Shown: piece after piece, positions 11,201 through 26,200 of the stretch
How positions within the stretch are numbered: the first letter of the stretch is position 1
Layout: every line of letters starts with the position of its first letter
Source: the human T2T-CHM13v2.0 reference genome, Homo sapiens
DNA length: 64,000 bases
Strand: one strand, 5' to 3'
Assembly (NCBI RefSeq): GCF_009914755.1
Contig: NC_060932.1
Program-made: the position numbers and the translations under genes
The notes under the pieces: model-generated
The model's input: the letters and a program-made list of their open reading frames with translations, nothing else
Told to the model about the DNA's origin: nothing
The model's database searches: none

Positions 11201-14200
11201 ATCTGGAAAAAGGAAATATCTTCCCATGAATGCGAGATAGAAGTAATCTCAGAAACATGTTTATGCTGTATCTACTCAACTAACTGTGCTGAACATTTCT
11301 ATTGATAGAGCAGTTTTGAGACACTCTTCTTTTGGAATCTGCAAGTGGATATTTGGATAGATTTGAGGATTTCGTTGGAAACGGGATTATATATCAAAAG
11401 TAGACAGCAGCATTCTCAGAAACTTCTTTGTGATGTTTGCATCCAGCTCTCAGAGTTGAACATTCCCTTTCATAGAGTAGGTTTGAAACCCTCTTTTTAT
11501 AGTGTCTGGAAGCGGGCATTTGGAGCGCTTTCAGGCCTATGCTGAAAAAGGAAATATCTACCTATAGAAACTAGACAGAAGCATTCTGAGAATCACGTTT
11601 GTGATGTGGGTACTCAACTAACAGTGTTGATCCATTCTTTTGATACAGCAGTTTTGAACCACACTTTTTGTAGAATCTGCAAGTGGATATTTGGATAGCT
11701 GTGAGGATTTCGTTGGAAACGGGAATGTCTTCATAGAAAATTTAGACAGAAGCATTCTCAGAACCTTGATTGTGATGTGTGTTCTCCACTAACAGAGTTG
11801 AACCTTTCTTTTGACAGAACTGTTCTGAAACATTCTTTTTATAGAATCTGGAAGTGGATATTTGGAAAGCTTTGAGGATTTCGTTGGAAACGGGAATATC
11901 TTCAAATCAAATCTAGCCAGAAGCATTCTAAGAAACATCTTAGGGATGTTTACATTCAAGTCACAGAGTTGAACATTCCCTTTCACAGAGCAGGTTTGAA
12001 ACAATCTTCTCGTACTATCTGGCAGTGGACATTTTGAGCTCCTTGGGGCCTATGCTGAAAAAGGAAATATCTTCCGACAAAAACTAGACAGAAGCATTCG
12101 CAGAATCACGTTTGTGATGTGTGCACTCAACTGTCAGAATTGAACCTTGGTTTGGACAGAGCACTTTTGAAACACTCTTTTTGTAGAATCTGCAGGTGGA
12201 TATTTGGCTAGCTTTGAGGATTTCGTTGGAAACGGTAATGTCTTCAAAGAAAATCTAGACAGAAGCATTCTCAGAAACACCTTCGTGATGTTTGCAATCA
12301 AGTCACAGAGTTGAACCTTCCGTTTCATAGAGCAGGTTGGAAACACTCTTTTTGTAGTATCTGGAAGTGGACATTGGGAGGGCTTTGTAGCCTATGTGGA
12401 AAAAGGAAATATCTTCCCATGAATGCGAGATAGAAGTAATCTCAGAAACATGTTTATGCTGTATCTACTCAACTAACTGTGCTGAACATTTCTATTGATA
12501 GAGCAGTTTTGAGACACTCTTCTTTTGGAATCTGCAAGTGGATATTTGGATAGATTTGAGGATTTCGTTGGAAACGGGATTATACATCAAAAGTAGACAG
12601 CAGCATTCTCAGAAACTTCTTTGTGATGTTTGCATCCAGCTCTCAGAGTTGAACATTCCCTTTCATAGAGTAGGTTTGAAACCCTCTTTTTATAGTGTCT
12701 GGAAGCGGGCATTTGGAGCGCTTTCAGGCCTATGCTGAAAAAGGAAATATCTACCTATAGAAACTAGACAGAAGCATTCTGAGAATCACGTTTGTGATGT
12801 GGGTACTCAACTAACAGTGTTGATCCATTCTTTTGATACAGCAGTTTTGAACCACACTTTTTGTAGAATCTGCAAGTGGATATTTGGATAGCTGTGAGGA
12901 TTTCGTTGGAAACGGGAATGTCTTCATAGAAAATTTAGACAGAAGCATTCTCAGAACCTTGATTGTGATGTGTGTTCTCCACTAACAGAGTTGAACCTTT
13001 CTTTTGACAGAACTGTTCTGAAACATTCTTTTTATAGAATCTGGAAGTGGATATTTGGAAAGCTTTGAGGATTTCGTTGGAAACGGGAATATCTTCAAAT
13101 CAAATCTAGCCAGAAGCATTCTAAGAAACATCTTAGGGATGTTTACATTCAAGTCACAGAGTTGAACATTCCCTTTCACAGAGCAGGTTTGAAACAATCT
13201 TCTCGTACTATCTGGCAGTGGACATTTTGAGCTCCTTGGGGCCTATGCTGAAAAAGGAAATATCTTCCGACAAAAACTAGACAGAAGCATTCGCAGAATC
13301 ACGTTTGTGATGTGTGCACTCAACTGTCAGAATTGAACCTTGGTTTGGACAGAGCACTTTTGAAACACTCTTTTTGTAGAATCTGCAGGTGGATATTTGG
13401 CTAGCTTTGAGGATTTCGTTGGAAACGGTAATGTCTTCAAAGAAAATCTAGACAGAAGCATTCTCAGAAACACCTTCGTGATGTTTGCAATCAAGTCACA
13501 GAGTTGAACCTTCCGTTTCATAGAGCAGGTTGGAAACACTCTTTTTGTAGTATCTGGAAGTGGACATTTGGAGCGCTTTCAGGCCTATGGTGAAAAAGGA
13601 AATATCTTCCCATAAAAACGACATAGAAGCTATCTCAGGAACTTGTTTATGATGCATCTAATCAACTAACAGTGTTGAACCTTTGTACTGACAGAGCAGT
13701 TTGAAACACTCTTTTTTTGGAATCTGCAAGTGGATATTTGGATCGCTTTGAGGATTTCGTTGGAAACGGGATGCAATATAAAACGTACACAGCAGCATAC
13801 TCAGAAAATACTTTGCCATATTTCCATTCAAGTCACAGAGTGGAACATTCCCATTCATAGAGCAGGTTTGAAACACTCTTTTTGGAGTATCTGGAAGTGG
13901 ACATTTGGAGCGCTTTCTGAACTATGGTGAAAAAGGAAATATCTTCCAATGAAAACAAGACAGAAGCATTCTGAGAAACTTATTTGTGATGTGTGTCCTC
14001 AACAAACGGACTTGAACCTTTCGTTTCATGCAGTACTTCTGGAACACTCTTTTTGAAGATTCTGCATGCGGATATTTGGATAGCTTTGAGGATTTCGTTG
14101 GAAACGGGCTTACATGTAAAAATTAGACAGCAGCATTCTCAGAAACTTCTTTGTGGTGTCTGCATTCAAGTCACAGAATTGAACATCCCCTCACATAGAG

Positions 14201-17200
14201 CAGTTGTGCAGCACTCTATTTGTAGTATCTGGAAGTGGACATTTGGAGGGCTTTGTAGCCTATCTGGAAAAAGGAAATATCTTCCCATGAATGCGAGATA
14301 GAAGTAATCTCAGAAACATGTTTATGCTGTATCTACTCAACTAACTGTGCTGAACATTTCTATTGATAGAGCAGTTTTGAGACACTCTTCTTTTGGAATC
14401 TGCAAGTGGATATTTGGATAGATTTGAGGATTTCGTTGGAAACGGGATTATATATCAAAAGTAGACAGCAGCATTCTCAGAAACTTCTTTGTGATGTTTG
14501 CATCCAGCTCTCAGAGTTGAACATTCCCTTTCATAGAGTAGGTTTGAAACCCTCTTTTTATAGTGTCTGGAAGCGGGCATTTGGAGCGCTTTCAGGCCTA
14601 TGCTGAAAAAGGAAATATCTACCTATAGAAACTAGACAGAAGCATTCTGAGAATCACGTTTGTGATGTGGGTACTCAACTAACAGTGTTGATCCATTCTT
14701 TTGATACAGCAGTTTTGAACCACACTTTTTGTAGAATCTGCAAGTGGATATTTGGATAGCTGTGAGGATTTCGTTGGAAACGGGAATGTCTTCATAGAAA
14801 ATTTAGACAGAAGCATTCTCAGAACCTTGATTGTGATGTGTGTTCTCCACTAACAGAGTTGAACCTTTCTTTTGACAGAACTGTTCTGAAACATTCTTTT
14901 TATAGAATCTGGAAGTGGATATTTGGAAAGCTTTGAGGATTTCGTTGGAAACGGGAATATCTTCAAATAAAATCTAGCCAGAAGCATTCTAAGAAACATC
15001 TTAGGGATGTTTACATTCAAGTCACAGAGTTGAACATTCCCTTTCACAGAGCAGGTTTGAAACAATCTTCTCGTACTATCTGGCAGTGGACATTTTGAGC
15101 TCCTTGGGGCCTATGCTGAAAAAGGAAATATCTTCCGACAAAAACTAGACAGAAGCATTCGCAGAATCACGTTTGTGATGTGTGCACTCAACTGTCAGAA
15201 TTGAACCTTGGTTTGGACAGAGCACTTTTGAAACACTCTTTTTGTAGAATCTGCAGGTGGATATTTGGCTAGCTTTGAGGATTTCGTTGGAAACGGTAAT
15301 GTCTTCAAAGAAAATCTAGACAGAAGCATTCTCAGAAACACCTTCGTGATGTTTGCAATCAAGTCACAGAGTTGAACCTTCCGTTTCATAGAGCAGGTTG
15401 GAAACACTCTTTTTGTAGTATCTGGAAGTGGACATTGGGAGGGCTTTGTAGCCTATGTGGAAAAAGGAAATATCTTCCCATGAATGCGAGATAGAAGTAA
15501 TCTCAGAAACATGTTTATGCTGTATCTACTCAACTAACTGTGCTGAACATTTCTATTGATAGAGCAGTTTTGAGACACTCTTCTTTTGGAATCTGCAAGT
15601 GGATATTTGGATAGATTTGAGGATTTCGTTGGAAACGGGATTATATATAAAAAGTAGACAGCAGCATTCTCAGAAACTTCTTTGTGATGTTTGCATCCAG
15701 CTCTCAGAGTTGAACATTCCCTTTCATAGAGTAGGTTTGAAACCCTCTTTTTATAGTGTCTGGAAGCGGGCATTTGGAGCGCTTTCAGGCCTATGCTGAA
15801 AAAGGAAATATCTACCTATAGAAACTAGACAGAAGCATTCTGAGAATCACGTTTGTGATGTGGGTACTCAACTAACAGTGTTGATCCATTCTTTTGATAC
15901 AGCAGTTTTGAACCACACTTTTTGTAGAATCTGCAAGTGGATATTTGGATAGCTGTGAGGATTTCGTTGGAAACGGGAATGTCTTCATAGAAAATTTAGA
16001 CAGAAGCATTCTCAGAACCTTGATTGTGATGTGTGTTCTCCACTAACAGAGTTGAACCTTTCTTTTGACAGAACTGTTCTGAAACATTCTTTTTATAGAA
16101 TCTGGAAGTGGATATTTGGAAAGCTTTGAGGATTTCGTTGGAAACGGGAATATCTTCAAATAAAATCTAGCCAGAAGCATTCTAAGAAACATCTTAGGGA
16201 TGTTTACATTCAAGTCACAGAGTTGAACATTCCCTTTCACAGAGCAGGTTTGAAACAATCTTCTCGTACTATCTGGCAGTGGACATTTTGAGCTCCTTGG
16301 GGCCTATGCTGAAAAAGGAAATATCTTCCGACAAAAACTAGACAGAAGCATTCGCAGAATCACGTTTGTGATGTGTGCACTCAACTGTCAGAATTGAACC
16401 TTGGTTTGGACAGAGCACTTTTGAAACACTCTTTTTGTAGAATCTGCAGGTGGATATTTGGCTAGCTTTGAGGATTTCGTTGGAAACGGTAATGTCTTCA
16501 AAGAAAATCTAGACAGAAGCATTCTCAGAAACACCTTCGTGATGTTTGCAATCAAGTCACAGAGTTGAACCTTCCGTTTCATAGAGCAGGTTGGAAACAC
16601 TCTTTTTGTAGTATCTGGAAGTGGACATTTGGAGCGCTTTCAGGCCTATGGTGAAAAAGGAAATATCTTCCCATAAAAACGACATAGAAGCTATCTCAGG
16701 AACTTGTTTATGATGCATCTAATCAACTAACAGTGTTGAACCTTTGTACTGACAGAGCAGTTTGAAACACTCTTTTTTTGGAATCTGCAAGTGGATATTT
16801 GGATCGCTTTGAGGATTTCGTTGGAAACGGGATGCAATATAAAACGTACACAGCAGCATACTCAGAAAATACTTTGCCATATTTCCATTCAAGTCACAGA
16901 GTGGAACATTCCCATTCATAGAGCAGGTTTGAAACACTCTTTTTGGAGTATCTGGAAGTGGACATTTGGAGCGCTTTCTGAACTATGGTGAAAAAGGAAA
17001 TATCTTCCAATGAAAACAAGACAGAAGCATTCTGAGAAACTTATTTGTGATGTGTGTCCTCAACAAACGGACTTGAACCTTTCGTTTCATGCAGTACTTC
17101 TGGAACACTCTTTTTGAAGATTCTGCATGCGGATATTTGGATAGCTTTGAGGATTTCGTTGGAAACGGGCTTACATGTAAAAATTAGACAGCAGCATTCT

Positions 17201-20200
17201 CAGAAACTTCTTTGTGGTGTCTGCATTCAAGTCACAGAATTGAACATCCCCTCACATAGAGCAGTTGTGCAGCACTCTATTTGTAGTATCTGGAAGTGGA
17301 CATTTGGAGGGCTTTGTAGCCTATCTGGAAAAAGGAAATATCTTCCCATGAATGCGAGATAGAAGTAATCTCAGAAACATGTTTATGCTGTATCTACTCA
17401 ACTAACTGTGCTGAACATTTCTATTGATAGAGCAGTTTTGAGACACTCTTCTTTTGGAATCTGCAAGTGGATATTTGGATAGATTTGAGGATTTCGTTGG
17501 AAACGGGATTATATATCAAAAGTAGACAGCAGCATTCTCAGAAACTTCTTTGTGATGTTTGCATCCAGCTCTCAGAGTTGAACATTCCCTTTCATAGAGT
17601 AGGTTTGAAACCCTCTTTTTATAGTGTCTGGAAGCGGGCATTTGGAGCGCTTTCAGGCCTATGCTGAAAAAGGAAATATCTACCTATAGAAACTAGACAG
17701 AAGCATTCTGAGAATCACGTTTGTGATGTGGGTACTCAACTAACAGTGTTGATCCATTCTTTTGATACAGCAGTTTTGAACCACACTTTTTGTAGAATCT
17801 GCAAGTGGATATTTGGATAGCTGTGAGGATTTCGTTGGAAACGGGAATGTCTTCATAGAAAATTTAGACAGAAGCATTCTCAGAACCTTGATTGTGATGT
17901 GTGTTCTCCACTAACAGAGTTGAACCTTTCTTTTGACAGAACTGTTCTGAAACATTCTTTTTATAGAATCTGGAAGTGGATATTTGGAAAGCTTTGAGGA
18001 TTTCGTTGGAAACGGGAATATCTTCAAATCAAATCTAGCCAGAAGCATTCTAAGAAACATCTTAGGGATGTTTACATTCAAGTCACAGAGTTGAACATTC
18101 CCTTTCACAGAGCAGGTTTGAAACAATCTTCTCGTACTATCTGGCAGTGGACATTTTGAGCTCCTTGGGGCCTATGCTGAAAAAGGAAATATCTTCCGAC
18201 AAAAACTAGACAGAAGCATTCGCAGAATCACGTTTGTGATGTGTGCACTCAACTGTCAGAATTGAACCTTGGTTTGGACAGAGCACTTTTGAAACACTCT
18301 TTTTGTAGAATCTGCAGGTGGATATTTGGCTAGCTTTGAGGATTTCGTTGGAAACGGTAATGTCTTCAAAGAAAATCTAGACAGAAGCATTCTCAGAAAC
18401 ACCTTCGTGATGTTTGCAATCAAGTCACAGAGTTGAACCTTCCGTTTCATAGAGCAGGTTGGAAACACTCTTTTTGTAGTATCTGGAAGTGGACATTTGG
18501 AGCGCTTTCAGGCCTATGGTGAAAAAGGAAATATCTTCCCATAAAAACGACATAGAAGCTATCTCAGGAACTTGTTTATGATGCATCTAATCAACTAACA
18601 GTGTTGAACCTTTGTACTGACAGAGCAGTTTGAAACACTCTTTTTTTGGAATCTGCAAGTGGATATTTGGATCGCTTTGAGGATTTCGTTGGAAACGGGA
18701 TGCAATATAAAACGTACACAGCAGCATACTCAGAAAATACTTTGCCATATTTCCATTCAAGTCACAGAGTGGAACATTCCCATTCATAGAGCAGGTTTGA
18801 AACACTCTTTTTGGAGTATCTGGAAGTGGACATTTGGAGCGCTTTCTGAACTATGGTGAAAAAGGAAATATCTTCCAATGAAAACAAGACAGAAGCATTC
18901 TGAGAAACTTATTTGTGATGTGTGTCCTCAACAAACGGACTTGAACCTTTCGTTTCATGCAGTACTTCTGGAACACTCTTTTTGAAGATTCTGCATGCGG
19001 ATATTTGGATAGCTTTGAGGATTTCGTTGGAAACGGGCTTACATGTAAAAATTAGACAGCAGCATTCTCAGAAACTTCTTTGTGGTGTCTGCATTCAAGT
19101 CACAGAATTGAACATCCCCTCACATAGAGCAGTTGTGCAGCACTCTATTTGTAGTATCTGGAAGTGGACATTTGGAGGGCTTTGTAGCCTATCTGGAAAA
19201 AGGAAATATCTTCCCATGAATGCGAGATAGAAGTAATCTCAGAAACATGTTTATGCTGTATCTACTCAACTAACTGTGCTGAACATTTCTATTGATAGAG
19301 CAGTTTTGAGACACTCTTCTTTTGGAATCTGCAAGTGGATATTTGGATAGATTTGAGGATTTCGTTGGAAACGGGATTATATATAAAAAGTAGACAGCAG
19401 CATTCTCAGAAACTTCTTTGTGATGTTTGCATCCAGCTCTCAGAGTTGAACATTCCCTTTCATAGAGTAGGTTTGAAACCCTCTTTTTATAGTGTCTGGA
19501 AGCGGGCATTTGGAGCGCTTTCAGGCCTATGCTGAAAAAGGAAATATCTACCTATAGAAACTAGACAGAAGCATTCTGAGAATCACGTTTGTGATGTGGG
19601 TACTCAACTAACAGTGTTGATCCATTCTTTTGATACAGCAGTTTTGAACCACACTTTTTGTAGAATCTGCAAGTGGATATTTGGATAGCTGTGAGGATTT
19701 CGTTGGAAACGGGAATGTCTTCATAGAAAATTTAGACAGAAGCATTCTCAGAACCTTGATTGTGATGTGTGTTCTCCACTAACAGAGTTGAACCTTTCTT
19801 TTGACAGAACTGTTCTGAAACATTCTTTTTATAGAATCTGGAAGTGGATATTTGGAAAGCTTTGAGGATTTCGTTGGAAACGGGAATATCTTCAAATGAA
19901 ATCTAGCCAGAAGCATTCTAAGAAACATCTTAGGGATGTTTACATTCAAGTCACAGAGTTGAACATTCCCTTTCACAGAGCAGGTTTGAAACAATCTTCT
20001 CGTACTATCTGGCAGTGGACATTTTGAGCTCCTTGGGGCCTATGCTGAAAAAGGAAATATCTTCCGACAAAAACTAGACAGAAGCATTCGCAGAATCACG
20101 TTTGTGATGTGTGCACTCAACTGTCAGAATTGAACCTTGGTTTGGACAGAGCACTTTTGAAACACTCTTTTTGTAGAATCTGCAGGTGGATATTTGGCTA

Positions 20201-23200
20201 GCTTTGAGGATTTCGTTGGAAACGGTAATGTCTTCAAAGAAAATCTAGACAGAAGCATTCTCAGAAACACCTTCGTGATGTTTGCAATCAAGTCACAGAG
20301 TTGAACCTTCCGTTTCATAGAGCAGGTTGGAAACACTCTTTTTGTAGTATCTGGAAGTGGACATTGGGAGGGCTTTGTAGCCTATGTGGAAAAAGGAAAT
20401 ATCTTCCCATGAATGCGAGATAGAAGTAATCTCAGAAACATGTTTATGCTGTATCTACTCAACTAACTGTGCTGAACATTTCTATTGATAGAGCAGTTTT
20501 GAGACACTCTTCTTTTGGAATCTGCAAGTGGATATTTGGATAGATTTGAGGATTTCGTTGGAAACGGGATTATATATAAAAAGTAGACAGCAGCATTCTC
20601 AGAAACTTCTTTGTGATGTTTGCATCCAGCTCTCAGAGTTGAACATTCCCTTTCATAGAGTAGGTTTGAAACCCTCTTTTTATAGTGTCTGGAAGCGGGC
20701 ATTTGGAGCGCTTTCAGGCCTATGCTGAAAAAGGAAATATCTACCTATAGAAACTAGACAGAAGCATTCTGAGAATCACGTTTGTGATGTGGGTACTCAA
20801 CTAACAGTGTTGATCCATTCTTTTGATACAGCAGTTTTGAACCACACTTTTTGTAGAATCTGCAAGTGGATATTTGGATAGCTGTGAGGATTTCGTTGGA
20901 AACGGGAATGTCTTCATAGAAAATTTAGACAGAAGCATTCTCAGAACCTTGATTGTGATGTGTGTTCTCCACTAACAGAGTTGAACCTTTCTTTTGACAG
21001 AACTGTTCTGAAACATTCTTTTTATAGAATCTGGAAGTGGATATTTGGAAAGCTTTGAGGATTTCGTTGGAAACGGGAATATCTTCAAATAAAATCTAGC
21101 CAGAAGCATTCTAAGAAACATCTTAGGGATGTTTACATTCAAGTCACAGAGTTGAACATTCCCTTTCACAGAGCAGGTTTGAAACAATCTTCTCGTACTA
21201 TCTGGCAGTGGACATTTTGAGCTCCTTGGGGCCTATGCTGAAAAAGGAAATATCTTCCGACAAAAACTAGACAGAAGCATTCGCAGAATCACGTTTGTGA
21301 TGTGTGCACTCAACTGTCAGAATTGAACCTTGGTTTGGACAGAGCACTTTTGAAACACTCTTTTTGTAGAATCTGCAGGTGGATATTTGGCTAGCTTTGA
21401 GGATTTCGTTGGAAACGGTAATGTCTTCAAAGAAAATCTAGACAGAAGCATTCTCAGAAACACCTTCGTGATGTTTGCAATCAAGTCACAGAGTTGAACC
21501 TTCCGTTTCATAGAGCAGGTTGGAAACACTCTTTTTGTAGTATCTGGAAGTGGACATTTGGAGCGCTTTCAGGCCTATGGTGAAAAAGGAAATATCTTCC
21601 CATAAAAACGACATAGAAGCTATCTCAGGAACTTGTTTATGATGCATCTAATCAACTAACAGTGTTGAACCTTTGTACTGACAGAGCAGTTTGAAACACT
21701 CTTTTTTTGGAATCTGCAAGTGGATATTTGGATCGCTTTGAGGATTTCGTTGGAAACGGGATGCAATATAAAACGTACACAGCAGCATACTCAGAAAATA
21801 CTTTGCCATATTTCCATTCAAGTCACAGAGTGGAACATTCCCATTCATAGAGCAGGTTTGAAACACTCTTTTTGGAGTATCTGGAAGTGGACATTTGGAG
21901 CGCTTTCTGAACTATGGTGAAAAAGGAAATATCTTCCAATGAAAACAAGACAGAAGCATTCTGAGAAACTTATTTGTGATGTGTGTCCTCAACAAACGGA
22001 CTTGAACCTTTCGTTTCATGCAGTACTTCTGGAACACTCTTTTTGAAGATTCTGCATGCGGATATTTGGATAGCTTTGAGGATTTCGTTGGAAACGGGCT
22101 TACATGTAAAAATTAGACAGCAGCATTCTCAGAAACTTCTTTGTGGTGTCTGCATTCAAGTCACAGAATTGAACATCCCCTCACATAGAGCAGTTGTGCA
22201 GCACTCTATTTGTAGTATCTGGAAGTGGACATTTGGAGGGCTTTGTAGCCTATCTGGAAAAAGGAAATATCTTCCCATGAATGCGAGATAGAAGTAATCT
22301 CAGAAACATGTTTATGCTGTATCTACTCAACTAACTGTGCTGAACATTTCTATTGATAGAGCAGTTTTGAGACACTCTTCTTTTGGAATCTGCAAGTGGA
22401 TATTTGGATAGATTTGAGGATTTCGTTGGAAACGGGATTATATATAAAAAGTAGACAGCAGCATTCTCAGAAACTTCTTTGTGATGTTTGCATCCAGCTC
22501 TCAGAGTTGAACATTCCCTTTCATAGAGTAGGTTTGAAACCCTCTTTTTATAGTGTCTGGAAGCGGGCATTTGGAGCGCTTTCAGGCCTATGCTGAAAAA
22601 GGAAATATCTACCTATAGAAACTAGACAGAAGCATTCTGAGAATCACGTTTGTGATGTGGGTACTCAACTAACAGTGTTGATCCATTCTTTTGATACAGC
22701 AGTTTTGAACCACACTTTTTGTAGAATCTGCAAGTGGATATTTGGATAGCTGTGAGGATTTCGTTGGAAACGGGAATGTCTTCATAGAAAATTTAGACAG
22801 AAGCATTCTCAGAACCTTGATTGTGATGTGTGTTCTCCACTAACAGAGTTGAACCTTTCTTTTGACAGAACTGTTCTGAAACATTCTTTTTATAGAATCT
22901 GGAAGTGGATATTTGGAAAGCTTTGAGGATTTCGTTGGAAACGGGAATATCTTCAAATCAAATCTAGCCAGAAGCATTCTAAGAAACATCTTAGGGATGT
23001 TTACATTCAAGTCACAGAGTTGAACATTCCCTTTCACAGAGCAGGTTTGAAACAATCTTCTCGTACTATCTGGCAGTGGACATTTTGAGCTCCTTGGGGC
23101 CTATGCTGAAAAAGGAAATATCTTCCGACAAAAACTAGACAGAAGCATTCGCAGAATCACGTTTGTGATGTGTGCACTCAACTGTCAGAATTGAACCTTG

Positions 23201-26200
23201 GTTTGGACAGAGCACTTTTGAAACACTCTTTTTGTAGAATCTGCAGGTGGATATTTGGCTAGCTTTGAGGATTTCGTTGGAAACGGTAATGTCTTCAAAG
23301 AAAATCTAGACAGAAGCATTCTCAGAAACACCTTCGTGATGTTTGCAATCAAGTCACAGAGTTGAACCTTCCGTTTCATAGAGCAGGTTGGAAACACTCT
23401 TTTTGTAGTATCTGGAAGTGGACATTGGGAGGGCTTTGTAGCCTATGTGGAAAAAGGAAATATCTTCCCATGAATGCGAGATAGAAGTAATCTCAGAAAC
23501 ATGTTTATGCTGTATCTACTCAACTAACTGTGCTGAACATTTCTATTGATAGAGCAGTTTTGAGACACTCTTCTTTTGGAATCTGCAAGTGGATATTTGG
23601 ATAGATTTGAGGATTTCGTTGGAAACGGGATTATATATCAAAAGTAGACAGCAGCATTCTCAGAAACTTCTTTGTGATGTTTGCATCCAGCTCTCAGAGT
23701 TGAACATTCCCTTTCATAGAGTAGGTTTGAAACCCTCTTTTTATAGTGTCTGGAAGCGGGCATTTGGAGCGCTTTCAGGCCTATGCTGAAAAAGGAAATA
23801 TCTACCTATAGAAACTAGACAGAAGCATTCTGAGAATCACGTTTGTGATGTGGGTACTCAACTAACAGTGTTGATCCATTCTTTTGATACAGCAGTTTTG
23901 ACCCACACTTTTTGTAGAATCTGCAAGTGGATATTTGGATAGCTGTGAGGATTTCGTTGGAAACGGGAATGTCTTCATAGAAAATTTAGACAGAAGCATT
24001 CTCAGAACCTTGATTGTGATGTGTGTTCTCCACTAACAGAGTTGAACCTTTCTTTTGACAGAACTGTTCTGAAACATTCTTTTTATAGAATCTGGAAGTG
24101 GATATTTGGAAAGCTTTGAGGATTTCGTTGGAAACGGGAATATCTTCAAATAAAATCTAGCCAGAAGCATTCTAAGAAACATCTTAGGGATGTTTACATT
24201 CAAGTCACAGAGTTGAACATTCCCTTTCACAGAGCAGGTTTGAAACAATCTTCTCGTACTATCTGGCAGTGGACATTTTGAGCTCCTTGGGGCCTATGCT
24301 GAAAAAGGAAATATCTTCCGACAAAAACTAGACAGAAGCATTCGCAGAATCACGTTTGTGATGTGTGCACTCAACTGTCAGAATTGAACCTTGGTTTGGA
24401 CAGAGCACTTTTGAAACACTCTTTTTGTAGAATCTGCAGGTGGATATTTGGCTAGCTTTGAGGATTTCGTTGGAAACGGTAATGTCTTCAAAGAAAATCT
24501 AGACAGAAGCATTCTCAGAAACACCTTCGTGATGTTTGCAATCAAGTCACAGAGTTGAACCTTCCGTTTCATAGAGCAGGTTGGAAACACTCTTTTTGTA
24601 GTATCTGGAAGTGGACATTTGGAGCGCTTTCAGGCCTATGGTGAAAAAGGAAATATCTTCCCATAAAAACGACATAGAAGCTATCTCAGGAACTTGTTTA
24701 TGATGCATCTAATCAACTAACAGTGTTGAACCTTTGTACTGACAGAGCAGTTTGAAACACTCTTTTTTTGGAATCTGCAAGTGGATATTTGGATCGCTTT
24801 GAGGATTTCGTTGGAAACGGGATGCAATATAAAACGTACACAGCAGCATACTCAGAAAATACTTTGCCATATTTCCATTCAAGTCACAGAGTGGAACATT
24901 CCCATTCATAGAGCAGGTTTGAAACACTCTTTTTGGAGTATCTGGAAGTGGACATTTGGAGCGCTTTCTGAACTATGGTGAAAAAGGAAATATCTTCCAA
25001 TGAAAACAAGACAGAAGCATTCTGAGAAACTTATTTGTGATGTGTGTCCTCAACAAACGGACTTGAACCTTTCGTTTCATGCAGTACTTCTGGAACACTC
25101 TTTTTGAAGATTCTGCATGCGGATATTTGGATAGCTTTGAGGATTTCGTTGGAAACGGGCTTACATGTAAAAATTAGACAGCAGCATTCTCAGAAACTTC
25201 TTTGTGGTGTCTGCATTCAAGTCACAGAATTGAACATCCCCTCACATAGAGCAGTTGTGCAGCACTCTATTTGTAGTATCTGGAAGTGGACATTTGGAGG
25301 GCTTTGTAGCCTATCTGGAAAAAGGAAATATCTTCCCATGAATGCGAGATAGAAGTAATCTCAGAAACATGTTTATGCTGTATCTACTCAACTAACTGTG
25401 CTGAACATTTCTATTGATAGAGCAGTTTTGAGACACTCTTCTTTTGGAATCTGCAAGTGGATATTTGGATAGATTTGAGGATTTCGTTGGAAACGGGATT
25501 ATATATAAAAAGTAGACAGCAGCATTCTCAGAAACTTCTTTGTGATGTTTGCATCCAGCTCTCAGAGTTGAACATTCCCTTTCATAGAGTAGGTTTGAAA
25601 CCCTCTTTTTATAGTGTCTGGAAGCGGGCATTTGGAGCGCTTTCAGGCCTATGCTGAAAAAGGAAATATCTACCTATAGAAACTAGACAGAAGCATTCTG
25701 AGAATCACGTTTGTGATGTGGGTACTCAACTAACAGTGTTGATCCATTCTTTTGATACAGCAGTTTTGAACCACACTTTTTGTAGAATCTGCAAGTGGAT
25801 ATTTGGATAGCTGTGAGGATTTCGTTGGAAACGGGAATGTCTTCATAGAAAATTTAGACAGAAGCATTCTCAGAACCTTGATTGTGATGTGTGTTCTCCA
25901 CTAACAGAGTTGAACCTTTCTTTTGACAGAACTGTTCTGAAACATTCTTTTTATAGAATCTGGAAGTGGATATTTGGAAAGCTTTGAGGATTTCGTTGGA
26001 AACGGGAATATCTTCAAATCAAATCTAGCCAGAAGCATTCTAAGAAACATCTTAGGGATGTTTACATTCAAGTCACAGAGTTGAACATTCCCTTTCACAG
26101 AGCAGGTTTGAAACAATCTTCTCGTACTATCTGGCAGTGGACATTTTGAGCTCCTTGGGGCCTATGCTGAAAAAGGAAATATCTTCCGACAAAAACTAGA